From contig PMZR01000140.1 in NCBI GenBank assembly GCA_003170135.1, forward strand, positions 4,382 through 68,381: DNA of 64,000 nt. Reading direction: 5' to 3'. The position numbers were made by a program, and so were the translations under genes. The notes under the pieces are model-generated. The model did no database searches. It was given only the letters and a program-made list of their open reading frames with translations, and was not told the origin of the DNA. Of this stretch, positions 33,281 through 42,414 are shown piece after piece. The stretch comes from Acidobacteriota bacterium (lineage in GTDB: Bacteria; Acidobacteriota; Vicinamibacteria; Vicinamibacterales; Fen-181). Within the stretch, counting starts at the first letter, position 1. Every line of letters starts with the position of its first letter.

Positions 33281-35872
33281 CTACTCGCTGCGCAGCGCCC
33301 GGAGCGGCGCCACCTTCATCGCGCGCCGGGCCGGGAAGTAACAGGCCAGCAGCATCGCGGCGGCGAGCAGCAGCGGCGCGACGACGAAGGTGAGCGGATC
33401 GAGCGCGCTCACCTGGTACAGCAGGCTGCGCACGCCCTGCCCGACCGCCACCGCGAGGACCAGGCCGACGCCGATGCCGGCGGCCGTCAGCACGAGACCT
33501 TCGCGCAGCACCAGCCACAGCACGTCGCGCGGCGTGGCCCCGAGCGACATGCGGATGCCAATTTCGCGCGTGCGCCGCGACACCAGGTATGCCTTCACGC
33601 CGTACACGCCGACCAGCGCAAGGAACACGGCCGCCAGGCCGATCGCGCTGAACAGGTTCGCGCCGGTCTTCACCATCCACAGGCTCATGCTGGCGTCGCG
33701 ATGTGCGGCCATGGTCCGCAACGACAGCACGGGCAGCCGGTCATCGAGCAGCCGCAGGTCCTGCCGGACGAGGCGCAGCACCGCGGGCTCGCCGCCCGGC
33801 TGCCTGACCCGCAGGTGCACGAACATGTTCGCCTGGTAGTGCTGGCCGAACGCGACGTACACCTGGGGCTGCACATCCTCCTGGAGCAGGCTGTGGCGGA
33901 TCGGCCGTGCGATGCCGATGATCTCGAGCGGCGCGGCCTGCGTCCCCGGGCTGGTCCCACGCGCATCGGAGTCGACGATGCGGATGAATTGTCCGAGCGG
34001 ATCCGCCTTCGGGAACAGCCGCCGCGCGAGCGTCTCGTCGATGACCACGCGCGGTGCGGCCGTCGCCCTCAGCTCCTCGTCCGCGTTGAACCCGCGCCCG
34101 CGCAGGATCCTGATGCCGAGCGTTTCGAAATAGCCGGCGCCGACGATATAGTAGTTGACGCCAATCGCGTTGCCGCGATCGCGGGGCGGAGCGCCATTGC
34201 CCATCGTGAACGAGGCGTCGTCTGGTCCCGCAGGCGCCTGGTTCCCTTCGGTCCCGACCTTCTCCACCCGGCGCCCCATCGTCATGTCGCCGAAGGGGAC
34301 GACCGAGGCGAGGCTTGCCGCCTCGACGCCGGGCAGCGCGCGCATCCGCTCCAGCAGGTGCCGGTAGAGTTCACGGCCTTTCGCTTCGTCGTACCCGGCC
34401 ATGCTCGGATCGACGTTCGCGACGATCGATTGCGCGAGGCTGAACCCCGGCTCGGCCGAGGCGGCCTTGCCCGCCGCCCGGATGAACAGGCCTGCCGCCG
34501 TCAGCAACCCGAGCGACAGCGCCACCTGCCCGACCACCAGGGCGTTGCGCAGGCTGATGCGGCGCCAGCGCCTGCGGCCGGTCTCGCCGCCCTGTTCCTT
34601 CAACTCGGGCACGACGTCGGTGCGCGACAGCTTCCACGCCGGGCCGAGGCCGAAGACGAGCGTGCTGAGGGCGCTGAAGCCGAGCGTCGCCAGGAGCACG
34701 CGAAGATCGGGTGCCGGATCGAGCGCCAGCGCGAACATGCCCTGCATCGCGGGCGCCATCGACGCCACGAGCAGCCGCGTCGCCCAGAACGCGATGAGCA
34801 GGCCGCCGGCGCCCCCGGCGAGCGACAGGAGGAAGCCCTCCACCAGCAGCTGCCGGACGATCGGGCCGCGGCCGCTGCCGAGCGCCAGCCGAATCGCGAT
34901 TTCCTTGCGGCGGCTCGTCCCGCGCGCCAGCAGCATGTTGGCGAGGTTCAGGCACGCGATGGCCAGCACGATCGCCGTCATCGCCATGAGCAGGATCGAG
35001 AGGCTGGCCGTCTGCGAATCGTCCTGCGGGTTGCTCGAGACGCCGAAGCGCGTCAGCGCGTGCGCCAGCAGCACCTGGTTCTTGTTCTCGGCAGGGTACT
35101 CCCGCTGCAACTCGGTCGAGAGCCCGGCCAGCAGCGATTCGGTCTTCGCCACGTCGACGCCCGGCTTCAGGCGCCCGAAGAGCATCAGGCTGTGGTTCAG
35201 CCGGTCGCCGAGCAGCGGGTGCTCCGCCGTCCGGAACATGTCGTTGACGACCATCTCGTAGGTGCCGGTCGGCAGCCAGAATTCGGGCGAAATGATCGAG
35301 GCGGCCGCCGTGAAGCCCTGCGGTGCCACGCCGACAACGGTGAACGGCCGGGAGTTGAGGCGCACCGGCGTGCCGACGATGTGCGGATCGAACCCGTGGG
35401 CCTTCCAGTGTTCGTATGACACGACGACGACGGGAATGCCCGCGCCGGGTTTCTCCTCGTCGAGGCTGAAGTCGCGGCCCACCTCCAGGTGCCCGGCGAA
35501 GGTGGCGAAGTAGTTGGCGGTGACGATGGCCGTGAAGACGCGGCGCGTCTGGTCGGCGTCCTTGTACCCGACGAGCGCCAGCGTCATGCCAGCCAGGTCG
35601 GAGAACACGGGGTTGCGCGAGCGGATGTCCTGGTAGTCCGGGTAGGAGAAGTCGCGGTAGGTGCCCGGGTGCGCGCGGTCGCGGCTGTAAAGGCCGACGA
35701 CCTGTGTCGCGCCGCGCTCGGCGGGCGAGGGGCGAATCAGCGCCGCGTTGACCAGGCTGAACACGGCCGTGTTGGCGCCGATCCCGAGCGCCAGCACGAC
35801 AATGGCGACGACGCTGAAGCCCGGCGTCCTCAACAGGCTGCGGACCGCGAACCGGATGTCCTTGATGAGCAT
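33281..35872 (-). CDS. ADOP-family duplicated FtsX/MacB-type ABC transporter permease
   Basis: The N-terminus MLIKDIRFAVRSLLRTPGFSVVAIVVLALGIGANTAVFS is characteristic. Two MacB_PCD/FtsX modules in 863 aa. Confidence 0.88.
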   Translation of the reverse strand: MLIKDIRFAVRSLLRTPGFSVVAIVVLALGIGANTAVFSLVNAALIRPSPAERGATQVVGLYSRDRAHPGTYRDFSYPDYQDIRSRNPVFSDLAGMTLALVGYKDADQTRRVFTAIVTANYFATFAGHLEVGRDFSLDEEKPGAGIPVVVVSYEHWKAHGFDPHIVGTPVRLNSRPFTVVGVAPQGFTAAASIISPEFWLPTGTYEMVVNDMFRTAEHPLLGDRLNHSLMLFGRLKPGVDVAKTESLLAGLSTELQREYPAENKNQVLLAHALTRFGVSSNPQDDSQTASLSILLMAMTAIVLAIACLNLANMLLARGTSRRKEIAIRLALGSGRGPIVRQLLVEGFLLSLAGGAGGLLIAFWATRLLVASMAPAMQGMFALALDPAPDLRVLLATLGFSALSTLVFGLGPAWKLSRTDVVPELKEQGGETGRRRWRRISLRNALVVGQVALSLGLLTAAGLFIRAAGKAASAEPGFSLAQSIVANVDPSMAGYDEAKGRELYRHLLERMRALPGVEAASLASVVPFGDMTMGRRVEKVGTEGNQAPAGPDDASFTMGNGAPPRDRGNAIGVNYYIVGAGYFETLGIRILRGRGFNADEELRATAAPRVVIDETLARRLFPKADPLGQFIRIVDSDARGTSPGTQAAPLEIIGIARPIRHSLLQEDVQPQVYVAFGQHYQANMFVHLRVRQPGGEPAVLRLVRQDLRLLDDRLPVLSLRTMAAHRDASMSLWMVKTGANLFSAIGLAAVFLALVGVYGVKAYLVSRRTREIGIRMSLGATPRDVLWLVLREGLVLTAAGIGVGLVLAVAVGQGVRSLLYQVSALDPLTFVVAPLLLAAAMLLACYFPARRAMKVAPLRALRSE

Positions 35873-35968
35873 CGCAACTTCCCCCCGCGCGGCAGCCCGG
35901 TGCAGGCCGCTACGAAGGAAGACGCGGGGAAGGGCCCAGATGTTCCGTGTCCCGACCCGGTTTCGCGG

Positions 35969-37504
35969 CTAGTGCGTCGTCACGGTCGCGGGCGCGTTTG
36001 CCATCTCCACGACCGACAGGTACACCAGTCGCGCCAAATCCTGCAGGATCTCCGGGTTGACGAACTCCGGTGTGTCGTGCGTCGTGTGATAGGTCGGCAC
36101 GGGAATCGATCGGCCGCCCGACGCGCCGAAGCTGATGGTCGGGATGTTCGCCCACATGAAGTGCGCCGCATCCTGCCGTGGCCGCCCGAGGTTGGTCGTC
36201 GGCCGCACGCCGATCTGCCGGTGGACGTACTTCGCGTTGTTGCGCTCGAAGAACGCCCACGCGTCCGCGAAGTTCCCGCCGCCGCCGCTCGCGGTGATGC
36301 GGTCGCCGTGCCCGACGCTCTCCAGGTTCAGCATCGCCTTCACCCGGTTGTTCGGCGTGACCGGGTGCGCGACGTAATACTCGGAACCCTTCACCCCCTG
36401 CTCCTCGGCCCCGAACAGGATGAAGACGACGGTGCGTTTGAGCGGGACGCCGCTTTGCCCGAGGGCCTGCGCCGCGCCCAGCAGCACCGCGTCGGCCGAC
36501 GCGTTGTCGTTGGCGCCGGGCATCAGCTGATCGTTCATGCCCAGGTGATCGAGGTGCGCGCCGATGATGATGACCTCGTTCTTGAGCGCCGGGTCGCTGC
36601 CCTCGAGGATGCCGACGACGTTCGCGCCGATGCCCTCGGGATGATGCTCGGTGACGTTCTTCATCGTCATCGTCTTCTTCAGATCGAACGATGCCGGCTT
36701 GCGCGTCTGCCGAATCAGCTGCACGACGGCGTCGTGCTTCCTCCCGGTGCCCGCGAACAGGTCGTCGGCGACGGTGGTGCCGACGTAGCTGAGCAGGAAG
36801 TTCCTGACGAAGACGCAGTTCGGGTTGGCGATGTGATAGTCGTAGACCATCCCGGCGGCGCCGTGCCTGCTCGCGTTCTGCACCTTGTAATCGTGGAAGG
36901 AGTAGGGTCGCCACTTCGCGAATTCATCCCCGTTGGTCTCCGGCTGCACAGGGACTTCCGGTTCCACCAGCACCAGCTTGCCCTTCACATCCAGGCCCTG
37001 GTACTCGTCGTAGCCGAGTTCGGGCGCCGTGATGCCGTACCCGACATAGACGACATCGGAAGTGACCGTGCCCGAATCCGACGTCGATCCGGGAAAGTAC
37101 TCGTCGTCGTAGACGTACGGGCGTTCGATGAACTCGTCGGGCGCGACCGGGATGCGAAGGCTCAGCCGTTCGCCGGGAAGCACGAGCGTGTAGGGATTCG
37201 GGAAGTGCTGCTCGTAGGCGCCGTTGTCGCCGGCCGGCCTCACCTTCCAGTCCTTCAGCAACTGCTCGGCCCACTTTGCGGCGGCCTCGAACCCCGGCGT
37301 GCCGGTGAGGCGCCCCTGGTATTTGGGCGACGCCAGCTCCTTCACGTAATCGAACAGCGTCACGCTCGAAATCGCGTGCATCGCGGCGAGCAGATGCTGG
37401 TCGTTTGCGACCGGCGCGGATGCCTGCTGCGCCGCCAGTACGCCGATGCTCGCCACCGCCACGAGCGCGAGAACGGCCTTCCTGCGGAGCCCTCTCGAAT
37501 CCAT
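35969..37504 (-). CDS. M28 family metallopeptidase with PA domain, exported
   Basis: IIIGAHLDHLG, NDNASADAVLL and FILFGAEEQGVKGS zinc-ligand motifs. Signal peptide. Confidence 0.85.
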   Translation of the reverse strand: MDSRGLRRKAVLALVAVASIGVLAAQQASAPVANDQHLLAAMHAISSVTLFDYVKELASPKYQGRLTGTPGFEAAAKWAEQLLKDWKVRPAGDNGAYEQHFPNPYTLVLPGERLSLRIPVAPDEFIERPYVYDDEYFPGSTSDSGTVTSDVVYVGYGITAPELGYDEYQGLDVKGKLVLVEPEVPVQPETNGDEFAKWRPYSFHDYKVQNASRHGAAGMVYDYHIANPNCVFVRNFLLSYVGTTVADDLFAGTGRKHDAVVQLIRQTRKPASFDLKKTMTMKNVTEHHPEGIGANVVGILEGSDPALKNEVIIIGAHLDHLGMNDQLMPGANDNASADAVLLGAAQALGQSGVPLKRTVVFILFGAEEQGVKGSEYYVAHPVTPNNRVKAMLNLESVGHGDRITASGGGGNFADAWAFFERNNAKYVHRQIGVRPTTNLGRPRQDAAHFMWANIPTISFGASGGRSIPVPTYHTTHDTPEFVNPEILQDLARLVYLSVVEMANAPATVTTH

Positions 37505-37586
37505 GCGTCACCTTTTGAATGGCGGGGGCCCGAACAGGAAATACCACGACCGGTGGCGAGGATGCAAATGGGGGCAGGCGGGGCAG

Positions 37587-37662
37587 GTGCGGGGTGCGGT
37601 GTGCGACGTGCAGGGTGCGACGTGCGAAATGCGGAGTGCGCCGTCGAGGTGCGAAGTGCGAC
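37587..37662 (+). repeat. heptamer tandem array GTGCGNN (about 11 units, single arm)
   Basis: gtgcggg gtgcggt gtgcgac gtgcagg gtgcgac gtgcgaa atgcgga gtgcgcc gtcgag gtgcgaa gtgcgac. Confidence 0.9.
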
Positions 37663-37895
37663 GTCCCGGAGCCCGCGGTCCCGTGCGAACCGGGCCACCG
37701 GCGAGAGCCGTAGAGTCAGGGCAAGCGGCAGGCGTCGAAACCTGCGGCGGAGGCCACCGGGCACCATGGCGTGGGGATGGGGGCGACACCGAAGTCACCA
37801 CCCCGCGCCGTTCGCCGATCGATGAGCCGACGTCGCAGGTTTGCCGGGGACTGGGCTCGAGCGGTGGCCCGGCTCGCGCGGGACCGGTCCGCTGC

Positions 37896-37923
37896 GTGCA
37901 AAGTGCAATGTGCGACGTGCTGT
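37896..37923 (+). repeat. heptamer tandem array GTGCAAN/GTGCGAC (4 units), same orientation as 37587
   Basis: gtgcaaa gtgcaat gtgcgac gtgctgt. Confidence 0.8.
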
Positions 37924-38026
37924 TCCGGAGCGCGCGGTGAGAGACGCGGAGTGCAAATGGAGCCCTCGCCGAGCCGAAGCCAGACCGATGACAGGGCGAA
38001 GGCGGGTGTGGTGATACTCTGCGGCC

Positions 38027-39190
38027 ATGGTGATCCGGACAACGCTCGGCGCGGTGCCCGTCACCGTCAGCCTGACGGACCGCGCCATCACCGTCAGCCG
38101 CGACGACGAGTTCGTGGTCGCCTGGGATTCGGGCGGCCGGCTGTACAGCGTTGTCGAAGGGGAAGCAACATATCGGCGCGGGCTGAACGGGCGCGTGCTC
38201 GTGAAGCGGCGGGTGAACGGCGTACGCCAGCACGAGTGGGCAAGCGACGAACACGCCGCTGCGATCGTGGATCGCGGGGCGGCACTGGCCCGTGAGCTGT
38301 TGCAGGCCGGCGCGCTCGCCCACGATGTCGTCGTCGCGCTCGAGAAGGTTGCCCGGTTCGACAGCCGCGTGGCCGCTGACGATGCCATCCGCTTCGACCG
38401 GGTGTATCGGCCGATCGGCATCCTGCCTCCGGACGAGTACCTGGCCCTCGTGCTGCAGGCGACCGAGGGCTGCTCGTTCCGTTCGTGCACGTTCTGCCAG
38501 TTCCATCGCGAACCGTACCGTGTCAAGAGCGTCCGGCAGTTTGAAGATCACGTCGCGGCCGTGCGCGAGTATCTCGGCGATTCGCTGCGGTTGCGCGACC
38601 GCACGGTGTTCCTCGGATCCGCCAACGCGCTGGCCGTTCCTATGCCGGGCCTCGTGCCGATCGTTGACGTCCTCGCGCGAGAATTCCCCGGGCGGCCGGT
38701 GCACGCGTTTCTCGACGGCTTCACCGGAGTGATGAAGAGTGCGGACGATTACGCCGCGCTTGCCGCGCGGGGCCTGCGTCGCGTGTATATCGGCCTTGAA
38801 TCGGGCCACGACCCACTGCTGGCGCTGGTCGGCAAGCCGTCGACGAGCGAGCAGGTGGTCGAGACGGTGCAGGTCATCAAGTCTTGCGGCGTGAAAGTCG
38901 GCGTGATCGCGATGGTGGGCCTGGGCGGCGATCGCTTCGCGGACGCGCATATGATGGAGACCGCCGAGGCGATTAACGCCATGCACCTCGGCGCCGGCGA
39001 TCTCGTCTACTTCAGCGACCTCGTCGATCTCCCGGGCAGTCCCTATCTGAAGGCCGCCGGGGACGCGGGCATTCGCGGGCTCGACGCCGGCGAACGCCTC
39101 GCGCAGCGCCAGGCTATCCGGAGCCGGCTCGCGTTTGCCCGTCCCGCGCCGCAAATGGCGACCTACGACATCCGCGAATTCGTGTACTAG
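38027..39190 (+). CDS. radical SAM-like protein with non-canonical Cx4Cx2C cluster motif and an N-terminal extra domain
   Basis: LQATEGCSFRSCTFCQF, followed by GSANAL, YIGLESG and the downstream TIM-barrel-like pattern of radical SAM enzymes. Confidence 0.7.
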   Translation: MVIRTTLGAVPVTVSLTDRAITVSRDDEFVVAWDSGGRLYSVVEGEATYRRGLNGRVLVKRRVNGVRQHEWASDEHAAAIVDRGAALARELLQAGALAHDVVVALEKVARFDSRVAADDAIRFDRVYRPIGILPPDEYLALVLQATEGCSFRSCTFCQFHREPYRVKSVRQFEDHVAAVREYLGDSLRLRDRTVFLGSANALAVPMPGLVPIVDVLAREFPGRPVHAFLDGFTGVMKSADDYAALAARGLRRVYIGLESGHDPLLALVGKPSTSEQVVETVQVIKSCGVKVGVIAMVGLGGDRFADAHMMETAEAINAMHLGAGDLVYFSDLVDLPGSPYLKAAGDAGIRGLDAGERLAQRQAIRSRLAFARPAPQMATYDIREFVY

Positions 39191-39221
39191 GACGTGTCGC
39201 CGGCGGGATCCATGTTCTGTG

Positions 39222-39243
39222 GAGCAGGACTTCAGTCCTGCTC
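39222..39243. repeat. REP-like palindrome, type 2 variant (GAGCAGGAC-TTCA-GTCCTGCTC)
   Basis: The 16-nt core caggacttcagtcctg is identical to the copies at 25303 and 63572. Lies 32 nt after the radical SAM stop. Confidence 0.85.
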
Positions 39244-39347
39244 TCAGCCCCAGCAGTGGCTTCTCCGCGCTCCGGTCCGGCCGGCCTGTCGTGCTCCCGC
39301 GCGCTCCCGTGCCGCGCCAGGCAAACACGCCAGCGTACAATGATGGT

Positions 39348-39818
39348 ATGGCAGGCCCCTCCCTGGACGACAAAGGTGTGATCGCCCCGTGTTCGAAGTG
39401 CGGTCAGAAGGTTCGCAGCTCGTTCGCGCGGCTGGGTGAAACCGTCCGCTGCCCGCGCTGCAAGGCCGACATCGCTCCGCCGTCCGAACCGATCGACGTT
39501 CCGACGGCCGCGTTGTTCGACGCGCTCGTCTCCTCGTCTTCGCTGCCCCTCGTCGTCGACTACTGGGCGCCGTGGTGCGGTCCGTGTCGCATGGTCGCGC
39601 CCGAGCTGAAGAAGATCGCCGCCGCGCACAAGGGCCGCCTCATCGTTGTCAAGGTGAACACCGAGGCGCTCCCGGACGTCGCGGCGCGGCAGCGCATTCA
39701 GTCGATTCCGACCATGGCGTTGATGAGCGGCGGACGGGAAGTGGCGCGCACGGTCGGAGCCAGGCCCGCAGCCGCCATCCAGGCGTTCATCGATCAGGCG
39801 ATCGGACAGGCCAGGTGA
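39348..39818 (+). CDS. trxC: thioredoxin 2 (TrxC-type, N-terminal zinc finger)
   Basis: CSKCGQK...CPRCK zinc-finger extension plus the WAPWCGPC active site. Confidence 0.9.
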   Translation: MAGPSLDDKGVIAPCSKCGQKVRSSFARLGETVRCPRCKADIAPPSEPIDVPTAALFDALVSSSSLPLVVDYWAPWCGPCRMVAPELKKIAAAHKGRLIVVKVNTEALPDVAARQRIQSIPTMALMSGGREVARTVGARPAAAIQAFIDQAIGQAR

Positions 39819-39833
39819 TCGGCTAGTCGCACC

Positions 39834-39875
39834 AAGGACCAAGGACCAAGGACCAGGGACCAGGGACCAGAGACC
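39834..39875 (+). repeat. heptamer tandem array AAGGACC/AGGGACC (6 units) ending at the next start codon
   Basis: aaggacc aaggacc aaggacc agggacc agggacc agagacc, followed directly by ATG 39876. Confidence 0.95.
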
Positions 39876-41126
39876 ATGCCCATCGACACACTGTTCCTCG
39901 ACGCGGGCGGCGTCCTGGTGTTTCCGAACTGGGCGCGGGTGAGCGAGGTGCTGGCGCGTCACGGCGTCCGCGCCGATGCGCACGCGCTGGCCGCAGCCGA
40001 GCCGCACGTCAAGCGCCAGATCGACGTCGCCGACATCATCTCGACGACCGATGACAAGCAGCGCGGCTGGCGATACTTCGACTTGATCTTCGAACGGATC
40101 GGCGTCCCGTCGAGCGACGCCACCGCTGCGGCCGTAGGCGAGCTCTACCAGTATCACCAGGCGCTGAATCTGTGGGAATGCGTGCCCGAGACGGTCGAGG
40201 CGCGGCTGCGTGACCTCCGACGGCTCGGACTGCGCCTGGCGGTTGTGTCGAACGCGAACGGCCGGTTGGGCGTGGTGTTCGAGCGCCTGGGCCTCGCGAA
40301 GTACTTCGACTGCCTGATCGATTCGTTCCACGAGGGCGTCGAGAAGCCCGATCCGCGGCTGTTCGAGATCGCCTTGTCGCGCTGCGGCGCACGCGCCGAG
40401 CGCACCCTTCACGTCGGGGATCTCTATCACGTGGACGTCGTCGGCGCTCGGGCCGCGGGGCTCTCGGCGGTGCTGTTCGACGCCGCGGATCTCTATGGGG
40501 ACGTCGACTGTCCCCGCGTGCGATCGCTCGAAGACCTCGTCCGGATGCTCGGTGGGGCAGGTGGGGGCCCCGCCATCCAGGAGAAGCCCGAACGCGTGCC
40601 GTATCGTGTTACCGATCTGGCGGCGTCCTACGATCCGATCCGCACGCTGCCTGTCGCGGTGGTGCTCGACAACGTGCGCAGCGCCTACAACGTCGGCGCG
40701 TTTTTTCGGACGGCCGACGGCGTCCGGGCGGAGAAGCTATACCTGTGCGGGTTCACCGCGCGGCCGCCGCACGCAATGGTCGCCAAGACCGCGCTCGGTG
40801 CCGAGGCCTCGGTCGCCTGGCAGGGCGAGAGCGAGGCGGTTGAGATCATCCGCGCGCTGACGTCCCGTGGCTACGAGATTGCGGCCATCGAGACCAGCCT
40901 GCAAGCGGTGGATTTGTTCGAGTGGCGTCCGGCCTTCCCGGTCTGCGTCGTCTTCGGGCACGAAGTGGACGGCCTGCCACCGAAGATCCTCGACACGTGC
41001 GACGCCCGCATCCGCATACCCATGCTCGGTTCGAAGCACTCGCTCAATGTCGCCACGGCCGGGGGCGTGGTGCTCTACGAACTGCTCCGCAAATACCGGC
41101 TGCTCGGTGGCAGGGATGGCGGGTAG
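39876..41126 (+). CDS. HAD-superfamily hydrolase fused to a SpoU/TrmH-family RNA 2'-O-methyltransferase
   Basis: N-terminal DAGGVL (DxD-type motif I), VVSNANG, EKPDPRLF and GDLYHVDVVGA. C-terminal VLDNVRSAYNVGAFFRTAD, VFGHEVDGL and SLNVATAGGVVLYE SPOUT motifs. Confidence 0.8.
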   Translation: MPIDTLFLDAGGVLVFPNWARVSEVLARHGVRADAHALAAAEPHVKRQIDVADIISTTDDKQRGWRYFDLIFERIGVPSSDATAAAVGELYQYHQALNLWECVPETVEARLRDLRRLGLRLAVVSNANGRLGVVFERLGLAKYFDCLIDSFHEGVEKPDPRLFEIALSRCGARAERTLHVGDLYHVDVVGARAAGLSAVLFDAADLYGDVDCPRVRSLEDLVRMLGGAGGGPAIQEKPERVPYRVTDLAASYDPIRTLPVAVVLDNVRSAYNVGAFFRTADGVRAEKLYLCGFTARPPHAMVAKTALGAEASVAWQGESEAVEIIRALTSRGYEIAAIETSLQAVDLFEWRPAFPVCVVFGHEVDGLPPKILDTCDARIRIPMLGSKHSLNVATAGGVVLYELLRKYRLLGGRDGG

Positions 41127-41180
41127 GGCAGATGGGGCGAGTAGGGCGGGTCGGGCAGCGGGCTTGCCCGCCGAAGCGCG

Positions 41181-41939
41181 TCAGCGCGAAGGCGGGTCGA
41201 ACGTGGCCATCACCGGGGCATGATCGCTCGTCCCGACATCGGCGAGCACGGGGCAGGCCGTGACGCGCTCCGCCATGTCGCGGCTCGCGAGCACGTAGTC
41301 GAGGCGCCACCCGATGTTGCGCTGCCGCATGTTGCGCCAGGGCGCCCACCAGGTGAACATCTGATCGTTGTCTGGCGCGAGGCTCCGACCCAGGTCCACG
41401 AGTCCGCGCGCCAGGATGCGCTCGAACTGCGCGCGCTCGTCGGGCCGTTGTCCGATGATGCCCGGCTTCCGCTCTTTCGGATGCACGTCCATGTCGGCGC
41501 GCGCCACGTTCAAATCGCCGCAGAGGACGACTCTCCGGCCCTCCGCGCACAGCGTGCCGACGTAGTCTTCCATCGCCTGGAGGAACTGCATCTTCGCGGG
41601 GAAGTCCTTGCCGCCATTCGGCACGTACACCGAGGCCACCACCAGGTCGCCGCGCGAGACGACGACGATGCGGTGCTCGAAGTCGAACGGCGGGTGCGAG
41701 AAATCCGGGCGATCGGGGAACGTGTCGCGGCGCAGGTGCAGCGCGACACCCGAGTACCCTTTCGCGCCGTGCCAGTAACACCAGTACCCCTCCATCTCGC
41801 ACAGCGCGGCGGGCACCTGGTCCGAGGCGGCCTTGATCTCCTGCAGGCAGACGATGTCGGGCCGGTCGCGTTCCACCCAGGTCTGCACCTCGGCCTGGCG
41901 CGCGCGGATGCCGTTCACGTTCCAGGTGGCAATCTTCAT
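41181..41939 (-). CDS. xth: exodeoxyribonuclease III
   Basis: MKIATWNVNGIRAR, VCLQEIK, GDLNVA, WRLDY and SDHAP motifs of the ExoIII/APE1 family. ATG 41939. Confidence 0.92.
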   Translation of the reverse strand: MKIATWNVNGIRARQAEVQTWVERDRPDIVCLQEIKAASDQVPAALCEMEGYWCYWHGAKGYSGVALHLRRDTFPDRPDFSHPPFDFEHRIVVVSRGDLVVASVYVPNGGKDFPAKMQFLQAMEDYVGTLCAEGRRVVLCGDLNVARADMDVHPKERKPGIIGQRPDERAQFERILARGLVDLGRSLAPDNDQMFTWWAPWRNMRQRNIGWRLDYVLASRDMAERVTACPVLADVGTSDHAPVMATFDPPSR

Positions 41940-42414
41940 GACGCAAGATATGAGATATGCTAACAATATTAGGACAATCCAGCCAGAGCCCGGTTGCTTC
42001 CGCAGCGCGCCAGCCCTGACCCTCGAATTCTGTCCGCTTCTCATTCGCCCGGCTCCACGGATCTCGGTCCGAGCCGGGTTCGTTCTGGGCTCCCCTGCGA
42101 CCACCAATTGCCGCCTCGCCGACGCCTTTCGTCGTAGATCGACCGCTGCTGCCGCCCTTTTCGCGTGGGTGCAGACGCGGATGGCGGTTCCTTTACGGCA
42201 CCACGAATCAGGGCGGAGCCGCGGGATTCGGGACGATGTTCAGGCTGTCCACGGCCTGCCGCGGATGAGTTGTTCCGCACGGGCGCAGAGCTTCCGACCC
42301 ATCCGGTCAACGCCAGAAATTGCTTGAAAATCGGGTGGGAATTGCGTGAGATTGCCCACAGGTGTTTCTTCGAAGCGCGAACGTTCATTCGGACTCCGAC
42401 GAAGGGAACGACAG

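Noticed and set aside
41158-41171. GCGGG-CTTG-CCCGC hairpin between the convergent HAD-SpoU and xth genes, considered as an intrinsic terminator.
   Set aside because: The stem is only 5 bp and neither strand has a U-tract. That is too weak to call from sequence alone.
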